Assembly: GCA_052146595.1 (NCBI GenBank)
Contig: JBKQMT010000030.1
Location: forward strand, 11,687 to 75,686
DNA: 64,000 bases
Direction of reading: 5' to 3'
DNA from: Acidimicrobiales bacterium
GTDB taxonomy: Bacteria > Actinomycetota > Acidimicrobiia > Acidimicrobiales > Bog-793
Positions within the stretch are counted from its first letter, which is position 1. Every line of letters starts with the position of its first letter. The position numbers and the translations under genes are program-made. This document shows, piece by piece, positions 1 to 9,530 of the stretch. The notes under the pieces are model-generated. The model saw nothing but the letters and a program-made list of their open reading frames with translations, was not told where the DNA came from and did not search any database.

Positions 1-400
1 CTAGGGCCGCACAGGCCCCGACCAGGTGCTCGCAGTTGTCGAGGATGACGAGCAGCTCTCGCTCGGTCAAGCACGCTGTCAGCGTCTCGAGCGGGCCGGC
101 CCTCGGCGCCTCCACCAGCCCCAAGGCCCTGAGCACGGCACCTGGGACTAGTTCAGGCTCGGACAGACCCGAGAGGTCGACAAAACACACGCTCTCGGGC
201 GGGACTGCCGTTGTCCGCTGCCCGACCTCGATCGCCAGACGGGTCTTGCCACAACCGCCCGGGCCGACCACGCTCACCAGCCGGTGCTCGGTCAGGCGCA
301 GGCTGACCAGCTCGACAATCGAGGCGCGCCCGATGAAGCTCGTCAGCTGCTCGGGCAAGCCTCCCAATTGCCTCACCAGCACCAATTCTGGACTAAGCAC
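1..400 (-). CDS. 5' part of a LuxR/STAND-type ATPase regulator (runs off window start)
   Basis: Manual translation from GTG at 400 gives LPEQLTSFIGR...VVGPGGCGKTRLA (Walker A)...FVDLS...LLVILDNCEHLV (Walker B typical of NB-ARC-like actinobacterial regulators). Absent from the ORF track because it has no stop in the window. Confidence 0.85.
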   Translation of the reverse strand, partial: MLSPELVLVRQLGGLPEQLTSFIGRASIVELVSLRLTEHRLVSVVGPGGCGKTRLAIEVGQRTTAVPPESVCFVDLSGLSEPELVPGAVLRALGLVEAPRAGPLETLTACLTERELLVILDNCEHLVGACAAL

Positions 401-571
401 GCCGCGAATGGGGACCGGGTCCGACTCTCGACCGAGCAAGTTGCGACTTTGGTCGGATGTTTTCTTTGGTGGCCGGCTTCATCATCAAGGCAACTCAGAG
501 GAACCACCGAGATGGTACGGACGATCTGAGGCAACTCCATCAAAGGGACCTGGATCATCGAGAGGACACAA

Positions 572-961
572 ATGAGACTACCCGGCACCCATGCGGCAGC
601 TGCCCCTAACACGCACAATCGGGAGCATTTCGGTTTGACGCGTCCCGCTCTCCTCCTTGTCGCCGCCGCCATCAGCGCGTTACTACTGACGCTCTCTAAC
701 GCGGCCTACGCGTCGGACGCTTCCAGTCGTCCCGTTCAGATCACTGCAGGCACAGCAACTATGAAGGCCACCCCGAGTGCCTTTCCAGCTCTTGGCATCT
801 TGCCGGGCGCCACAACGCCGCCGCTGGCAACGCTTGCCATCATTGCTTCCAAGTCCTCGTTCGATTGGCCGCTTTTCGTGACGTACAGGTCGCCGCTCTA
901 CCCTGGCCTGGTCCACAGTACCCCGCAAGACTTGCCGACCTTTCAACCGCTCGCTGGCTGA
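572..961 (+). CDS. Hypothetical exported protein
   Basis: ATG after GAGAGGA; hydrophobic stretch LLLVAAAISALLLTLSNAAYA ending in AxA; divergent from the STAND gene; no family recognised. Confidence 0.45.
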   Translation: MRLPGTHAAAAPNTHNREHFGLTRPALLLVAAAISALLLTLSNAAYASDASSRPVQITAGTATMKATPSAFPALGILPGATTPPLATLAIIASKSSFDWPLFVTYRSPLYPGLVHSTPQDLPTFQPLAG

Positions 962-1203
962 CTCAACTTGCAGCGACTCCCCGTACACCGGTGACCTCCG
1001 AGACTGACTCGGCACAAAAACCGGGAGCCGGACTTACCTGAGACTGCTGAACGAAAAGGATTTGCCAACATAAGCGGTTGTTCGGTAGCTGATAGCCCGT
1101 CAGGTGGATCGGCGCGTATTGGGCGTTATGGCGGCGCGATGGGTGCCCTCTTTTTCGCCGATGGTTCCCTGACGTGGCTGAGCCGTAAGGTGCTCCTGGC
1201 ACC

Positions 1204-2220
1204 TCAAGAACGAAGGTCAAAAACGAGCCGGGCTTCCACTCTGCCCTGTTCTAACTCAGCCATCGCTTCGTTCACCTGGTCGAGGGGCCGGGTCTCTCTC
1301 ATCACGGTGGTGCGGCCCGAGGCGTGGAGCTCAAAGGTCTCAGCCAAGTCGGCCCGGGTCCCGACGAACGAGCCGATCACCCTGATCTCCTGGACGATGG
1401 TCTGGAAGATCGGCAGGTGCATGGTGTTGTCTCTCGGCGCGCCGAGCGCCACGATCGTCCCGCCGCGCCGCAGGCTCCCATAAGCCTGCTGGTAAGGCTC
1501 GGCTGCGGACGCGGTGACGATCGCCACGTCCGCTCCCCCGAGTGCTTGGACCGCCTCGGCCGGGTCTTGCTTGGTGCTGTTGACTGTGTGCGCAGCGCCG
1601 AGCTTGTCGGCCAGTGCGAGCCTGGCGTCCTGCCTGTCGACAGCGACGACCTTCGCGCCCGCCACCTGGGCGTACTGGATGGCGAGGTGACCGAGCCCGC
1701 CGATGCCGAAAACAGCTACCAGGTTCGAGGAACGCGCACCAGAGGCCTTCACGGCCTTGTAGGTGGTGACCCCGGCACACGCCAGCGGCGCGGCGTCGAA
1801 GGGGTCGACCGTGGCCGGCACGCGCCCGACGAAGGCGGCCTCGGCAAGCGCGTACTCGGCAAAGCAGCCATTGACGACGAAGCCGGTGTACCTGGCCTGA
1901 GGGCAGAGAGTCTCACGACCCGCCACGCACAGCTCGCATGCCCCGCATGCCCAACCGAGCCAGGGGACCGCGACCCGGTCGCCTTCTTGGAGGTCCCTCA
2001 CGTCCGCGCCCAACCGCTCGACAACGCCCACCCCCTCGTGTCCCGGGACGAGCGGCAGCGGGGGCTTGACAGGCCAGTCCCCGTGCGCGGCGTGGATGTC
2101 GGTGTGGCAGAGCCCACAGGCTTCGAGCCTCACCAGCACCTGGCTGGACCCCGGGTCGGGGACGGGTACGTCCTCGACCTCCAGCGGTTGGTTGAACTCC
2201 TTGACGACAGCTGCCTTCAT
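1204..2220 (-). CDS. adhP: Zn-dependent alcohol dehydrogenase, propanol-preferring type
   Basis: CGLCHTD, GHEGVG, structural Zn CGACELC...C, GIGGLG; RBS AAGGAG. Confidence 0.93.
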   Translation of the reverse strand: MKAAVVKEFNQPLEVEDVPVPDPGSSQVLVRLEACGLCHTDIHAAHGDWPVKPPLPLVPGHEGVGVVERLGADVRDLQEGDRVAVPWLGWACGACELCVAGRETLCPQARYTGFVVNGCFAEYALAEAAFVGRVPATVDPFDAAPLACAGVTTYKAVKASGARSSNLVAVFGIGGLGHLAIQYAQVAGAKVVAVDRQDARLALADKLGAAHTVNSTKQDPAEAVQALGGADVAIVTASAAEPYQQAYGSLRRGGTIVALGAPRDNTMHLPIFQTIVQEIRVIGSFVGTRADLAETFELHASGRTTVMRETRPLDQVNEAMAELEQGRVEARLVFDLRS

Positions 2221-2251
2221 GCTGGCTCCTTAGGTTGTTGACCGCTCTTGT

Positions 2252-2292
2252 TAGGGGTGCCGGCGACGTGCCAGTAGGGGTGATTGTCTCCA
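2252..2292. promoter_or_regulatory. Two weak DosR-like boxes upstream of adh
   Basis: Minus strand TGGAGACAATCACCCCTA (2292-2275) and ACGTCGCCGGCACCCCTA (2269-2252), 23 bp apart, resembling the boxes at 15034-16074 and 25886. Confidence 0.4.
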
Positions 2293-2577
2293 CCTGCGCG
2301 ATGACCGGTGCCTTTTGGGGGCACGCGCCCGCGACACCTGGAGGAACAGGTGTCGCGCAGAGCATGAGCGCTATTTTCAACGTCTTGCTCCTTTCGTGGT
2401 GTCACTGCTTAGGCCCCATTTACCACCGCGGCGCGTTCACGGTCCGTAGAATTTCTTCTGCCCGTTCGTGACCGTTATTGACCGGTGCGGCCCGAACGGA
2501 AAGCTGGCCCTGTGCAACGCTTTCTGGTACCACCGCCGCTGCCATGCGGTCGAGTTCCCCGGTGTCGAAGGTGGGGG

Positions 2578-3711
2578 TTACGGTTCGATAGCGACCCCCC
2601 ATGGCCCGTTCAGCCCGGTGTGCGGGCCGGCGATGGTGACGGTGGGCTTTGGGGAGCCCGATCTCGTCAGCTGTGCCTTGGTGAACTCGACGACCGCCCA
2701 CGGCCCGCCCGGCACTAAAGGTTGCGCGTACGGGACCCACAGGTCACCTGAGGAACTGACAGCGACGTCGCCGGGGCTCGAGTATGAAGAGGAGATGACC
2801 ACCTTCGCGGCCGGGAAGCCCGACTTGGCCAGTTGTTCCTTGGTGAACTCGACCACCGTGTCGGAGGAGTAGTTGCCGGCCCACAAGTCACCCTCGGGGT
2901 CAAAGGCTGGCTGGCAAGGCGTGTCCAGGTCCGAGGAGTTGATCTGCACCTTCGGAACCGGGTTGAGGCTTGATCTGACCGCCGCTTCGCTGTACTCGTA
3001 CAGATTGGAGGCTTGGCCGCCTTCCCACAGGTCACCCGAGGGGTCGAAGGCTACGCTGCACTCGTCCCCGAGGCCGAGCACGAAGAGGGGCCGCGGTTGG
3101 ACGGCTTTGGCCAGGCTCGCTTTCGAGAACTCGACACCAGTCCCCATCCCCCAGTCGACGGCCCACAAGTTGCCCGAGGGGTCAAAAGCAACGCCGCCCG
3201 CGCGATAGTTGATAGTCCTGGTGGGGGCGGGGGAAGGCTTGGCAAGTTCGGCCTTGCTGTACTCAACCACTGAGCTCGCGAAGTTGGCCACCCACAAGTT
3301 GCCCGAGGAGTCGAAGGCAAGGCCGAGGGGGCCGTCTATGCCTTTGGTGATCACCGCTTCCGGGCGGGCGTCACCACTCGCCCCGGGGCGGTAAATGGTG
3401 ATGGAGCCCGGGCCTATGCCCGTGGAACCCAAACCATCCGCACCACCGTTGGCGACGAGGATCGTCCCGGGCGCTAGGTCGGCCCGGGAGACGACGACGC
3501 TCCCAGGCGCGAAAGGGCCTGCGCCAAAGGGAGCAGCCGAGGCTTCGGTTGGCGCTACCAGCATGGAGCTGGCCAAGCCGACCAGGGCGCACAGCGCCCC
3601 GGCCCTGGTGCTCCTCCCGAGCACAGGCCGTTTGACCGCACGAAGCCGAGCTCTTGGCGCCCTGCTCGAGCTCCGGGAGGGGCTGTCGTAGACTGAGTAC
3701 TCGGGAGTCAT
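2578..3711 (-). CDS. Secreted NHL-repeat (beta-propeller) protein
   Basis: Repeated AFDxxG(N/D)LW motifs; signal-peptide-like ALCALVGLASSMLVAPTEASA; ATG at 3711 after AAAGGAGAG. Confidence 0.8.
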   Translation of the reverse strand: MTPEYSVYDSPSRSSSRAPRARLRAVKRPVLGRSTRAGALCALVGLASSMLVAPTEASAAPFGAGPFAPGSVVVSRADLAPGTILVANGGADGLGSTGIGPGSITIYRPGASGDARPEAVITKGIDGPLGLAFDSSGNLWVANFASSVVEYSKAELAKPSPAPTRTINYRAGGVAFDPSGNLWAVDWGMGTGVEFSKASLAKAVQPRPLFVLGLGDECSVAFDPSGDLWEGGQASNLYEYSEAAVRSSLNPVPKVQINSSDLDTPCQPAFDPEGDLWAGNYSSDTVVEFTKEQLAKSGFPAAKVVISSSYSSPGDVAVSSSGDLWVPYAQPLVPGGPWAVVEFTKAQLTRSGSPKPTVTIAGPHTGLNGPWGVAIEP

Positions 3712-4015
3712 TTTCTCTCCTTTTTTCGTCCCGTTGTCCTTTGGGTTGCACAAGGTTTGCGATCAGCCAGGCGGCTGTCCCGACTATGGTGAGCACGGCC
3801 GCCAGAATGCCCGGGGCTGACGCAATAAGCGGCTTACTTCGTGGGGACCTTGTAATCACGGTGCCCCCGTTGGTCTGTGTGTGGTTGTAACGCTCATCCA
3901 ATAATCCGCTCTTGATCGTCCCACGCAGGTGTTCCCAAAAAGTTCCCGCCTGCCCAGATGGGGCGCCGGGCGGTACCGGCGTTGTGCTTCCGAGGAGGCT
4001 CTGGCCCGGCCCGGC

Positions 4016-4900
4016 CTATTCCCGGCCCCGGAGCACGAACAGGTCGCGCTCGATGATCTCTTGGGCCCTCGCCACCGTTTCGGCCAGGCCCTCCCGCGTC
4101 GGCGCCAACGGGTTGGGGACGTTTATGTAACGTCCGGAAAGCGCGTCGGCCTCTCCCGAGGCGATGCGGAAGACCAGTCCGGCCGCTCTTTGAGGTAGGA
4201 CGTCGTCCCCGCGCTCGAACGGCGCATGCAGATCCCCGGCGGTACCGGGGGCCCTGCTGGACGCGCCGTCTTCGGCCACTGCCGTGCGGACGAGGTCGGG
4301 CACCACGGCAAATGCGTGCACCCCGTAGGCCCTCGCCTCGACGGCCAGACTTTCGGTCAGCCGCAGGAGGGCGGCCTCGCTTACGCAGTACGAAGACAGC
4401 CTGGGGCTCGCCACGAACCCGAGCCCGCTCGCCAGGTTGACGATGCGCCCATGGCCGCGCTCGACCATTCCCCGGAGCACGGCCAGGGAGCAGTAGAGAA
4501 GGCCGCGCACGTTCACCTCCATCGTCTGCCACCACTCGCCGGGCCCCGATTCGACGAGCGGGGCGACCGGGCCGTGGACGCCTGCGCTATTGACCAGAAG
4601 GTCGACCGGCCCCATCTCGGCCTCGACCTCGGCCACCATGCGCTCCACGTCGCCGAGGTCGGACACGTCCGCCCGGACCGCCAGCACGATCCCGCCCCGC
4701 GCTCTCACCGCCTTAGCCGTCGTAGCCATCTCCTCCTCGGACTTGTCACAGATGGCTACCGATGCGCCCGCGTCCCCGAGCGCCACAGCGATCGCCCTCC
4801 CGATGCCACGACCCGCCCCGGTGATGAGCGCCGCTTGCCCGCTCAGGTTGACTGCCTCCGGGACCGAGCGACCGGAGCCGCGTCCACCACTACCTGTCAC
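4016..4900 (-). CDS. Short-chain dehydrogenase/reductase (SDR), with YxxxE in place of YxxxK
   Basis: TGAGRGIG, LVNSAG, RIVNLAS, YCVSE; start uncertain (GTG at 4900 chosen for its purine-rich RBS). Confidence 0.88.
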   Translation of the reverse strand: MTGSGGRGSGRSVPEAVNLSGQAALITGAGRGIGRAIAVALGDAGASVAICDKSEEEMATTAKAVRARGGIVLAVRADVSDLGDVERMVAEVEAEMGPVDLLVNSAGVHGPVAPLVESGPGEWWQTMEVNVRGLLYCSLAVLRGMVERGHGRIVNLASGLGFVASPRLSSYCVSEAALLRLTESLAVEARAYGVHAFAVVPDLVRTAVAEDGASSRAPGTAGDLHAPFERGDDVLPQRAAGLVFRIASGEADALSGRYINVPNPLAPTREGLAETVARAQEIIERDLFVLRGRE

Positions 4901-5202
4901 CTCTTCTGCTCTCCTCTCCCGGCGCCACGCCACCGACAAGGAGCGGAAGGGGGGCGCACTGTACTCCCCCCTGGGTGGTCATGCCATTAGGGGTGCCCTT
5001 TTGCTTGCAGGCCCAGTTGTACCTGTCCCTGGTTCCCGAAAGGTTCCCGACGCCGGCCCACCGTGCGCCCACCGCCCGTTCACGGGAACTTTGCGGGAAT
5101 ACCCTTCCCCCGACGATGATGATGCGCGGTTTGCGCCAACCTCTGGAGGTCAATCGCCTGAGAAGCAAGGCTCGTAGGAAGCCGCTGGTGAGATAATGCG
5201 CC

Positions 5203-8200
5203 ATGGCTGACCTGGCCAGCCCCTGCAGTTCGGTTTTGCGGGCCCGGCTGCTCGGCCCGTTCTCGCTCAACCGCGGTGAGGTAACCGCCGGCCCCTGGGA
5301 GAGGCCGAGCGCCCGGCGCCTGGTCGAGCTGGCGCTCGTGAGCCCCGGCCGGCGCATGACCCGGGACGCAGCCTGCGAGGCCCTTTTCCCCCATATGGAG
5401 CCGGAGGCGTCCCGGCATGCGCTGAACAAGGCTATTTCCATGGCCAGGGCCGCCCTTTCGGTCCTTGGCGAAGACGGGCGCCGGCTTTTGGTAGGCGAGG
5501 CCGGACTGGTCAGGGCCGACGGCACGGCCTTGGAGGTCGACTTCGAGTCGCAGCTCCAAGCCCTCGAAACTGGCTTGGCTATGGCCCCGGGCACGGCGCG
5601 CGACGAACAATTGACCGCTGCCCTGGCCAACGAAGGCGTCCTGCTCGAAGACGAGCCCTACACCGAGTGGGCGCTGCGGCCGAGGGAGGCACTGGACAAG
5701 TTGCGCCAGGAGGCAAGGCTGGCCCTGGCGCGGGACCGGGCGAGGGGCTACGGCCGCCCAGCCCCGACCGAGGTCGTGCGGGTCTGGGAGGCTTGCTTCG
5801 CCCACGACCCGAGCTGCGAAGAGGCGGCTGTCGCGTTGATGCGTTCCTATGGGGCGCAAAAACGGCACGCCCTGGCGGAGGCGACCTACAAAACCTGCCG
5901 GGCGGCCCTCGAGGAACTTGGCCTGCGGCCGTCGCGCCAGGTCGAGGAGGCGCGCCGGGCAGACGACCACGAGAGAGTGCACACCGGCCCGCTCACCTCG
6001 CACCAGGGACAGGAGCGCCGGCTGGTCAGCGTGTTGTCAGCCGAGGTGTCGGGCCTCGGCGGGGCGCCGCCGCCGGCCTTGCACGAAGAACGGGCGGAAC
6101 TGGTCGGGGAGCTCCTCGCCGAGGTGGTGGCCCAAGTCGAAGCCATGGGAGGGACGGTCTCGTCTGTATCGGGCCACGGCTTGGTGGCGCTCTTCGGGGC
6201 TCCCGAGGGCCATGAAGACGACCCTGAGCGGGCGCTGCGAGCCGCCCTGCGCTCGATGAAGGCGAGTGGCGGACAGAGAGGGGACCTCTGCCTGCGGCTT
6301 GGCGTCGAGACGGGGTCTGCACTGACCGGTCGGGTCGGGGGCGGGGCTAGCGCCTACTACGGCGCCGTCGGGGACGTCGTCAGCGTGGCGGGAGCGCTGA
6401 GCTCGGCGGCCCAGCCGAGCGGGGTCCTGGTAGGCCCGGCCACTCGGGCCGCCACCGAGCGCATTTTCGACTGGGGAGCTCCGCAGCCATTGGTGATCTC
6501 GCCGGAGGCTGGGCCGCTATCGGCGTCCTACGTCGAGCGCCCGAAAGCACACCCGGCGGGGGAGGCGGGAAGACGGCGCCTAGCTGGGCGGAGCGCGCTG
6601 GTCGGTCGCGAGCCGGAACTGGCAGTTCTCCGCGACGCCCTGAGGGACGCCACTGCTGGCCGGGGCAGCGTGGTCGTCCTGGCCGGCGAGCCGGGCCTGG
6701 GCAAGACAAGGCTGGTGGACGAGTGCCGCAAGCTGTTCATGGCCTGGGTGGGGGCGGCGACTGGGCGGCTCCCGCTCTGGGTGGAAGGGCGGGCCGCTTC
6801 GTACAGCTCGGGCACCCCCTACGGCTTGTTCCAGCGGCTGCTCACTGCCTGGGCCGGGGCCGTCCCCGAAGAAGGCGAGGAGGTCGTGCGGGCTGCTCTG
6901 GAGGGGGCGGTGAGGGCAGCCTTCGGGGGCAAGGTGGACGACGAACAGGTCGGTCTCCTCTGCGTCCTGCTCGGTTTGCCACCGGGCAAGGGCGCGCTCG
7001 ACCTGTCCCGCCTCGGCCCCGAGGCGCTGCAGGACGCCATCTTCCCGGCCGTCACGGCCTTGGTTTCGAAGCTGGCGTCGCACGGCCCGACCGTGCTCGT
7101 GCTCGAGGACCTCCACTGGTCCGACGCCACGTCCCTGCGCCTGGCCGAACGCGTGGCGGCGCTCACCACTGCTGTCCCGCTCCTCATGGTCCTCACGCGC
7201 CGTCCCGAACCGGACCCCGGCGTGACAGCGTTGGAGAGCGCACTGGCGTCCAAGCCCGGACTGGTGGTGCGCACGGTCGAGCTGGGTCCTCTCTCCCAGG
7301 CTCACGAGCGCGAACTGGCCCGTTCCCTGTTGGGCTCGACGGCGGAGAGCCCGCTCGTCGACGCCGTGCGACAAGGTGCCGAGGGCAACCCCTTTTTCCT
7401 GGAGGAAAGGCTTGCTTCTTTGCTCGAGACCCGCTCTTTGCTGAGGGATGACCAAGGCGGCTGGACGCTCGATCCATCGGCCCCGGCCGAGCTTCCAGGG
7501 GCCATAGAGAGACTCGTGCGCTCTCGTGTCGACCGCTTGGGTAGTGACGCCCACGAGGCCATAGTCGCCGCCTCGGTGCTCGGGACCGAGTTCAACCTGA
7601 ACGCCCTGGCGGCGATGACCCAGCTCTACGGCGCCCTGGGGGAGGCAATTTCGCAACTTTGCTCGAGCGGCCTCCTGGTCGACCTCGGCAGCTACCCCGA
7701 GCAGGCTTACCGTTTCCGCCATGCCCTCATCCAGGAGGCGACCTACAAGGGCCTGTTGCGCCGGGAGCGCCGGCGCTTGCATTCCCGGGCGGCGTCGGCG
7801 CTAGAGGAAATGGTGGCGGGGCGCCAGCCCGAGCTGGCGGGCGTGCTCGGCCACCACTTCGCCATGGCCGGTGAGGTCGAAAAAGCCGGCTATTACCTGG
7901 AAATGGCAGCCGACGAGGCAGCCAAGGTCTTCGCCAACGACGAAGCCCTCGCCTCCTACCGCCGAGCGCTGGAGGTGTTGAAGGCGGGGGGGGACGAGCC
8001 GGCCCGGCGCCTCGCAGGGATCTCGGCCAAGTTCGGTGAGCTGTGCTGGCTCATCGGTCGCTACGCGGAGGGCCGAGCGGTCCTCCAGGAGGCTACCGAG
8101 CTCGGCGAAGCGGCCGGGACGGTGCCGTTGGCGCAGTGCTTCCGCTGGCTCGCGGCAATGGCGAACGACGAGCATCGTCACGACGAGGCGCTTGCTGCCT

Positions 8201-9111
8201 GCGCCCGCCTCGAAGCCGTGCTGGAAAGCGGCCCTGCCCCCAAGGACGACGACTGGGTGGCGGTCTGGTTGGAGAGCCAGTTCGTCCGTTGCTGGGTGCA
8301 TAATGACCGTGGCGAGGTGGAGCCTTTCGGTCACGTTCTCGCCCGGGCGCAGCCGTTGGCCGAAACCCGTGCGGGACCGGAGCAAAAGTCGAAGTTCCTC
8401 AATTTACTGAACATCCACGACTTGCTCGCTCATCCGCGGTTGCCCGACGAGACCACATTGGGGCGCGCGCGCGCCGCCTGGTCCATTGCTCTCGACGCCG
8501 GGCTCGGGTACAAGATGAAGCACCTGCGCAGTTTCCTTGCGACCGAGCTGGCACGTAGCCCCCACTTGGCAGAAGCTCGGGCAGAGTTGGAGGCGACGAT
8601 AGCTATGAGCCAGAAGGCGGGGGACAGGTCCACGGTCCTCCGAGGCTGGTCTCACCTCGCCTGGGTGGCGCTGCGCCAGCACGATGTCGCCCTGGCCGCG
8701 GAAATGGCACGGCGCGCCGGGGAACTTGCTGGCGACTTCCCCACTGTGGAATGTGCCGAACTGGTACCTACTGTCCTTGTATGGGTGGCATGGAAACAGG
8801 GGCGTCTCGACGAAGCGGAACGTCAGGCGGAACGGGCGCGGTGCAATCCGCGGAAAGACCCCTTTCACTCGACGGGCCAGGTCTTTGCGGGCCGGGTGTT
8901 CCCTATCGTCGCCATCCGCCTAGCCGCGGGTCGGGTCGGGGAAGCCGTTGACGCGGCAAGAGAACTGCTTTCCGCGCTCCCGCCGACACCCGATGAAGTC
9001 GTTGGTGCCATTAGTGATGCCGTGAACGCCTGGGATGCCGGGGACCAGAAGGCGACGGCGGAGAAGCTGGCCGCAGCGTTCCGGTTGGCCGAAGACCTCC
9101 AGCTCGTTTAG
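5203..9111 (+). CDS. SARP (wHTH-BTAD) + degenerate class III cyclase + AAA/STAND ATPase + TPR regulator
   Basis: RLLGPFSL...BTAD-like DPSCEEAAVALMRSY; ERRLVSVL...ALFGAPEGHEDDPERALRAA; GEPGLGKTRL; LVLEDLHWSD; GNPFFLEE; YRFRHALIQE. Confidence 0.9.
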   Translation: MADLASPCSSVLRARLLGPFSLNRGEVTAGPWERPSARRLVELALVSPGRRMTRDAACEALFPHMEPEASRHALNKAISMARAALSVLGEDGRRLLVGEAGLVRADGTALEVDFESQLQALETGLAMAPGTARDEQLTAALANEGVLLEDEPYTEWALRPREALDKLRQEARLALARDRARGYGRPAPTEVVRVWEACFAHDPSCEEAAVALMRSYGAQKRHALAEATYKTCRAALEELGLRPSRQVEEARRADDHERVHTGPLTSHQGQERRLVSVLSAEVSGLGGAPPPALHEERAELVGELLAEVVAQVEAMGGTVSSVSGHGLVALFGAPEGHEDDPERALRAALRSMKASGGQRGDLCLRLGVETGSALTGRVGGGASAYYGAVGDVVSVAGALSSAAQPSGVLVGPATRAATERIFDWGAPQPLVISPEAGPLSASYVERPKAHPAGEAGRRRLAGRSALVGREPELAVLRDALRDATAGRGSVVVLAGEPGLGKTRLVDECRKLFMAWVGAATGRLPLWVEGRAASYSSGTPYGLFQRLLTAWAGAVPEEGEEVVRAALEGAVRAAFGGKVDDEQVGLLCVLLGLPPGKGALDLSRLGPEALQDAIFPAVTALVSKLASHGPTVLVLEDLHWSDATSLRLAERVAALTTAVPLLMVLTRRPEPDPGVTALESALASKPGLVVRTVELGPLSQAHERELARSLLGSTAESPLVDAVRQGAEGNPFFLEERLASLLETRSLLRDDQGGWTLDPSAPAELPGAIERLVRSRVDRLGSDAHEAIVAASVLGTEFNLNALAAMTQLYGALGEAISQLCSSGLLVDLGSYPEQAYRFRHALIQEATYKGLLRRERRRLHSRAASALEEMVAGRQPELAGVLGHHFAMAGEVEKAGYYLEMAADEAAKVFANDEALASYRRALEVLKAGGDEPARRLAGISAKFGELCWLIGRYAEGRAVLQEATELGEAAGTVPLAQCFRWLAAMANDEHRHDEALAACARLEAVLESGPAPKDDDWVAVWLESQFVRCWVHNDRGEVEPFGHVLARAQPLAETRAGPEQKSKFLNLLNIHDLLAHPRLPDETTLGRARAAWSIALDAGLGYKMKHLRSFLATELARSPHLAEARAELEATIAMSQKAGDRSTVLRGWSHLAWVALRQHDVALAAEMARRAGELAGDFPTVECAELVPTVLVWVAWKQGRLDEAERQAERARCNPRKDPFHSTGQVFAGRVFPIVAIRLAAGRVGEAVDAARELLSALPPTPDEVVGAISDAVNAWDAGDQKATAEKLAAAFRLAEDLQLV

Positions 9112-9208
9112 CCGGCGAGCCTATGTGCACACACTCGCCACCTGAACCTTGTACCCGGACTCGATGACGTGCGCGAGGGGCCAAAGAGCAGCCCCCCGCC
9201 GGGACCAC

Positions 9209-9238
9209 GCGCCGGAGCTGGCAGCCCAGCTCCGGCGC
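9209..9238. terminator. GC-rich hairpin downstream of the STAND gene
   Basis: GCGCCGGAGCTGG-CAGC-CCAGCTCCGGCGC, perfect 13-bp stem, no U-tract. Confidence 0.55.
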
Positions 9239-9530
9239 CTGACAACCAGAGGGGCATTACTAGTTAGTTAGCTAGCGCCAGATTGGTTTTTATGCGCACT
9301 TTTCTCCACCGGGCAAGGGCTCTTCTTGACAAATGCAGATTCGGCAACTTGTTTTAATCCACCTCGGGAGTCTGAGGGTCTGAGATCCTCGGGCGTTGGG
9401 CTCAGTGGGATCGCTGCGTACCTCGACAAGCTGGATGCCTGATCATGCAGACGTCAAACCTGGCAGGAAGGTGAACACTAGGCCGTAGAGGGCCGGCCGC
9501 CCGACGGGGCTGAAGGGGGAAGGTGGACGG

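Noticed and set aside
1062-1090. Second dif-like string TGCCAACATAA-GCGGT-TGTTCGGTAGC
   Set aside because: Only one arm resembles dif; spacing is off by one and the inner TTAT is missing.
2217-2560. Short minus-strand ORFs between the NHL gene and adh
   Set aside because: No motifs; they overlap the probable adh regulatory region.
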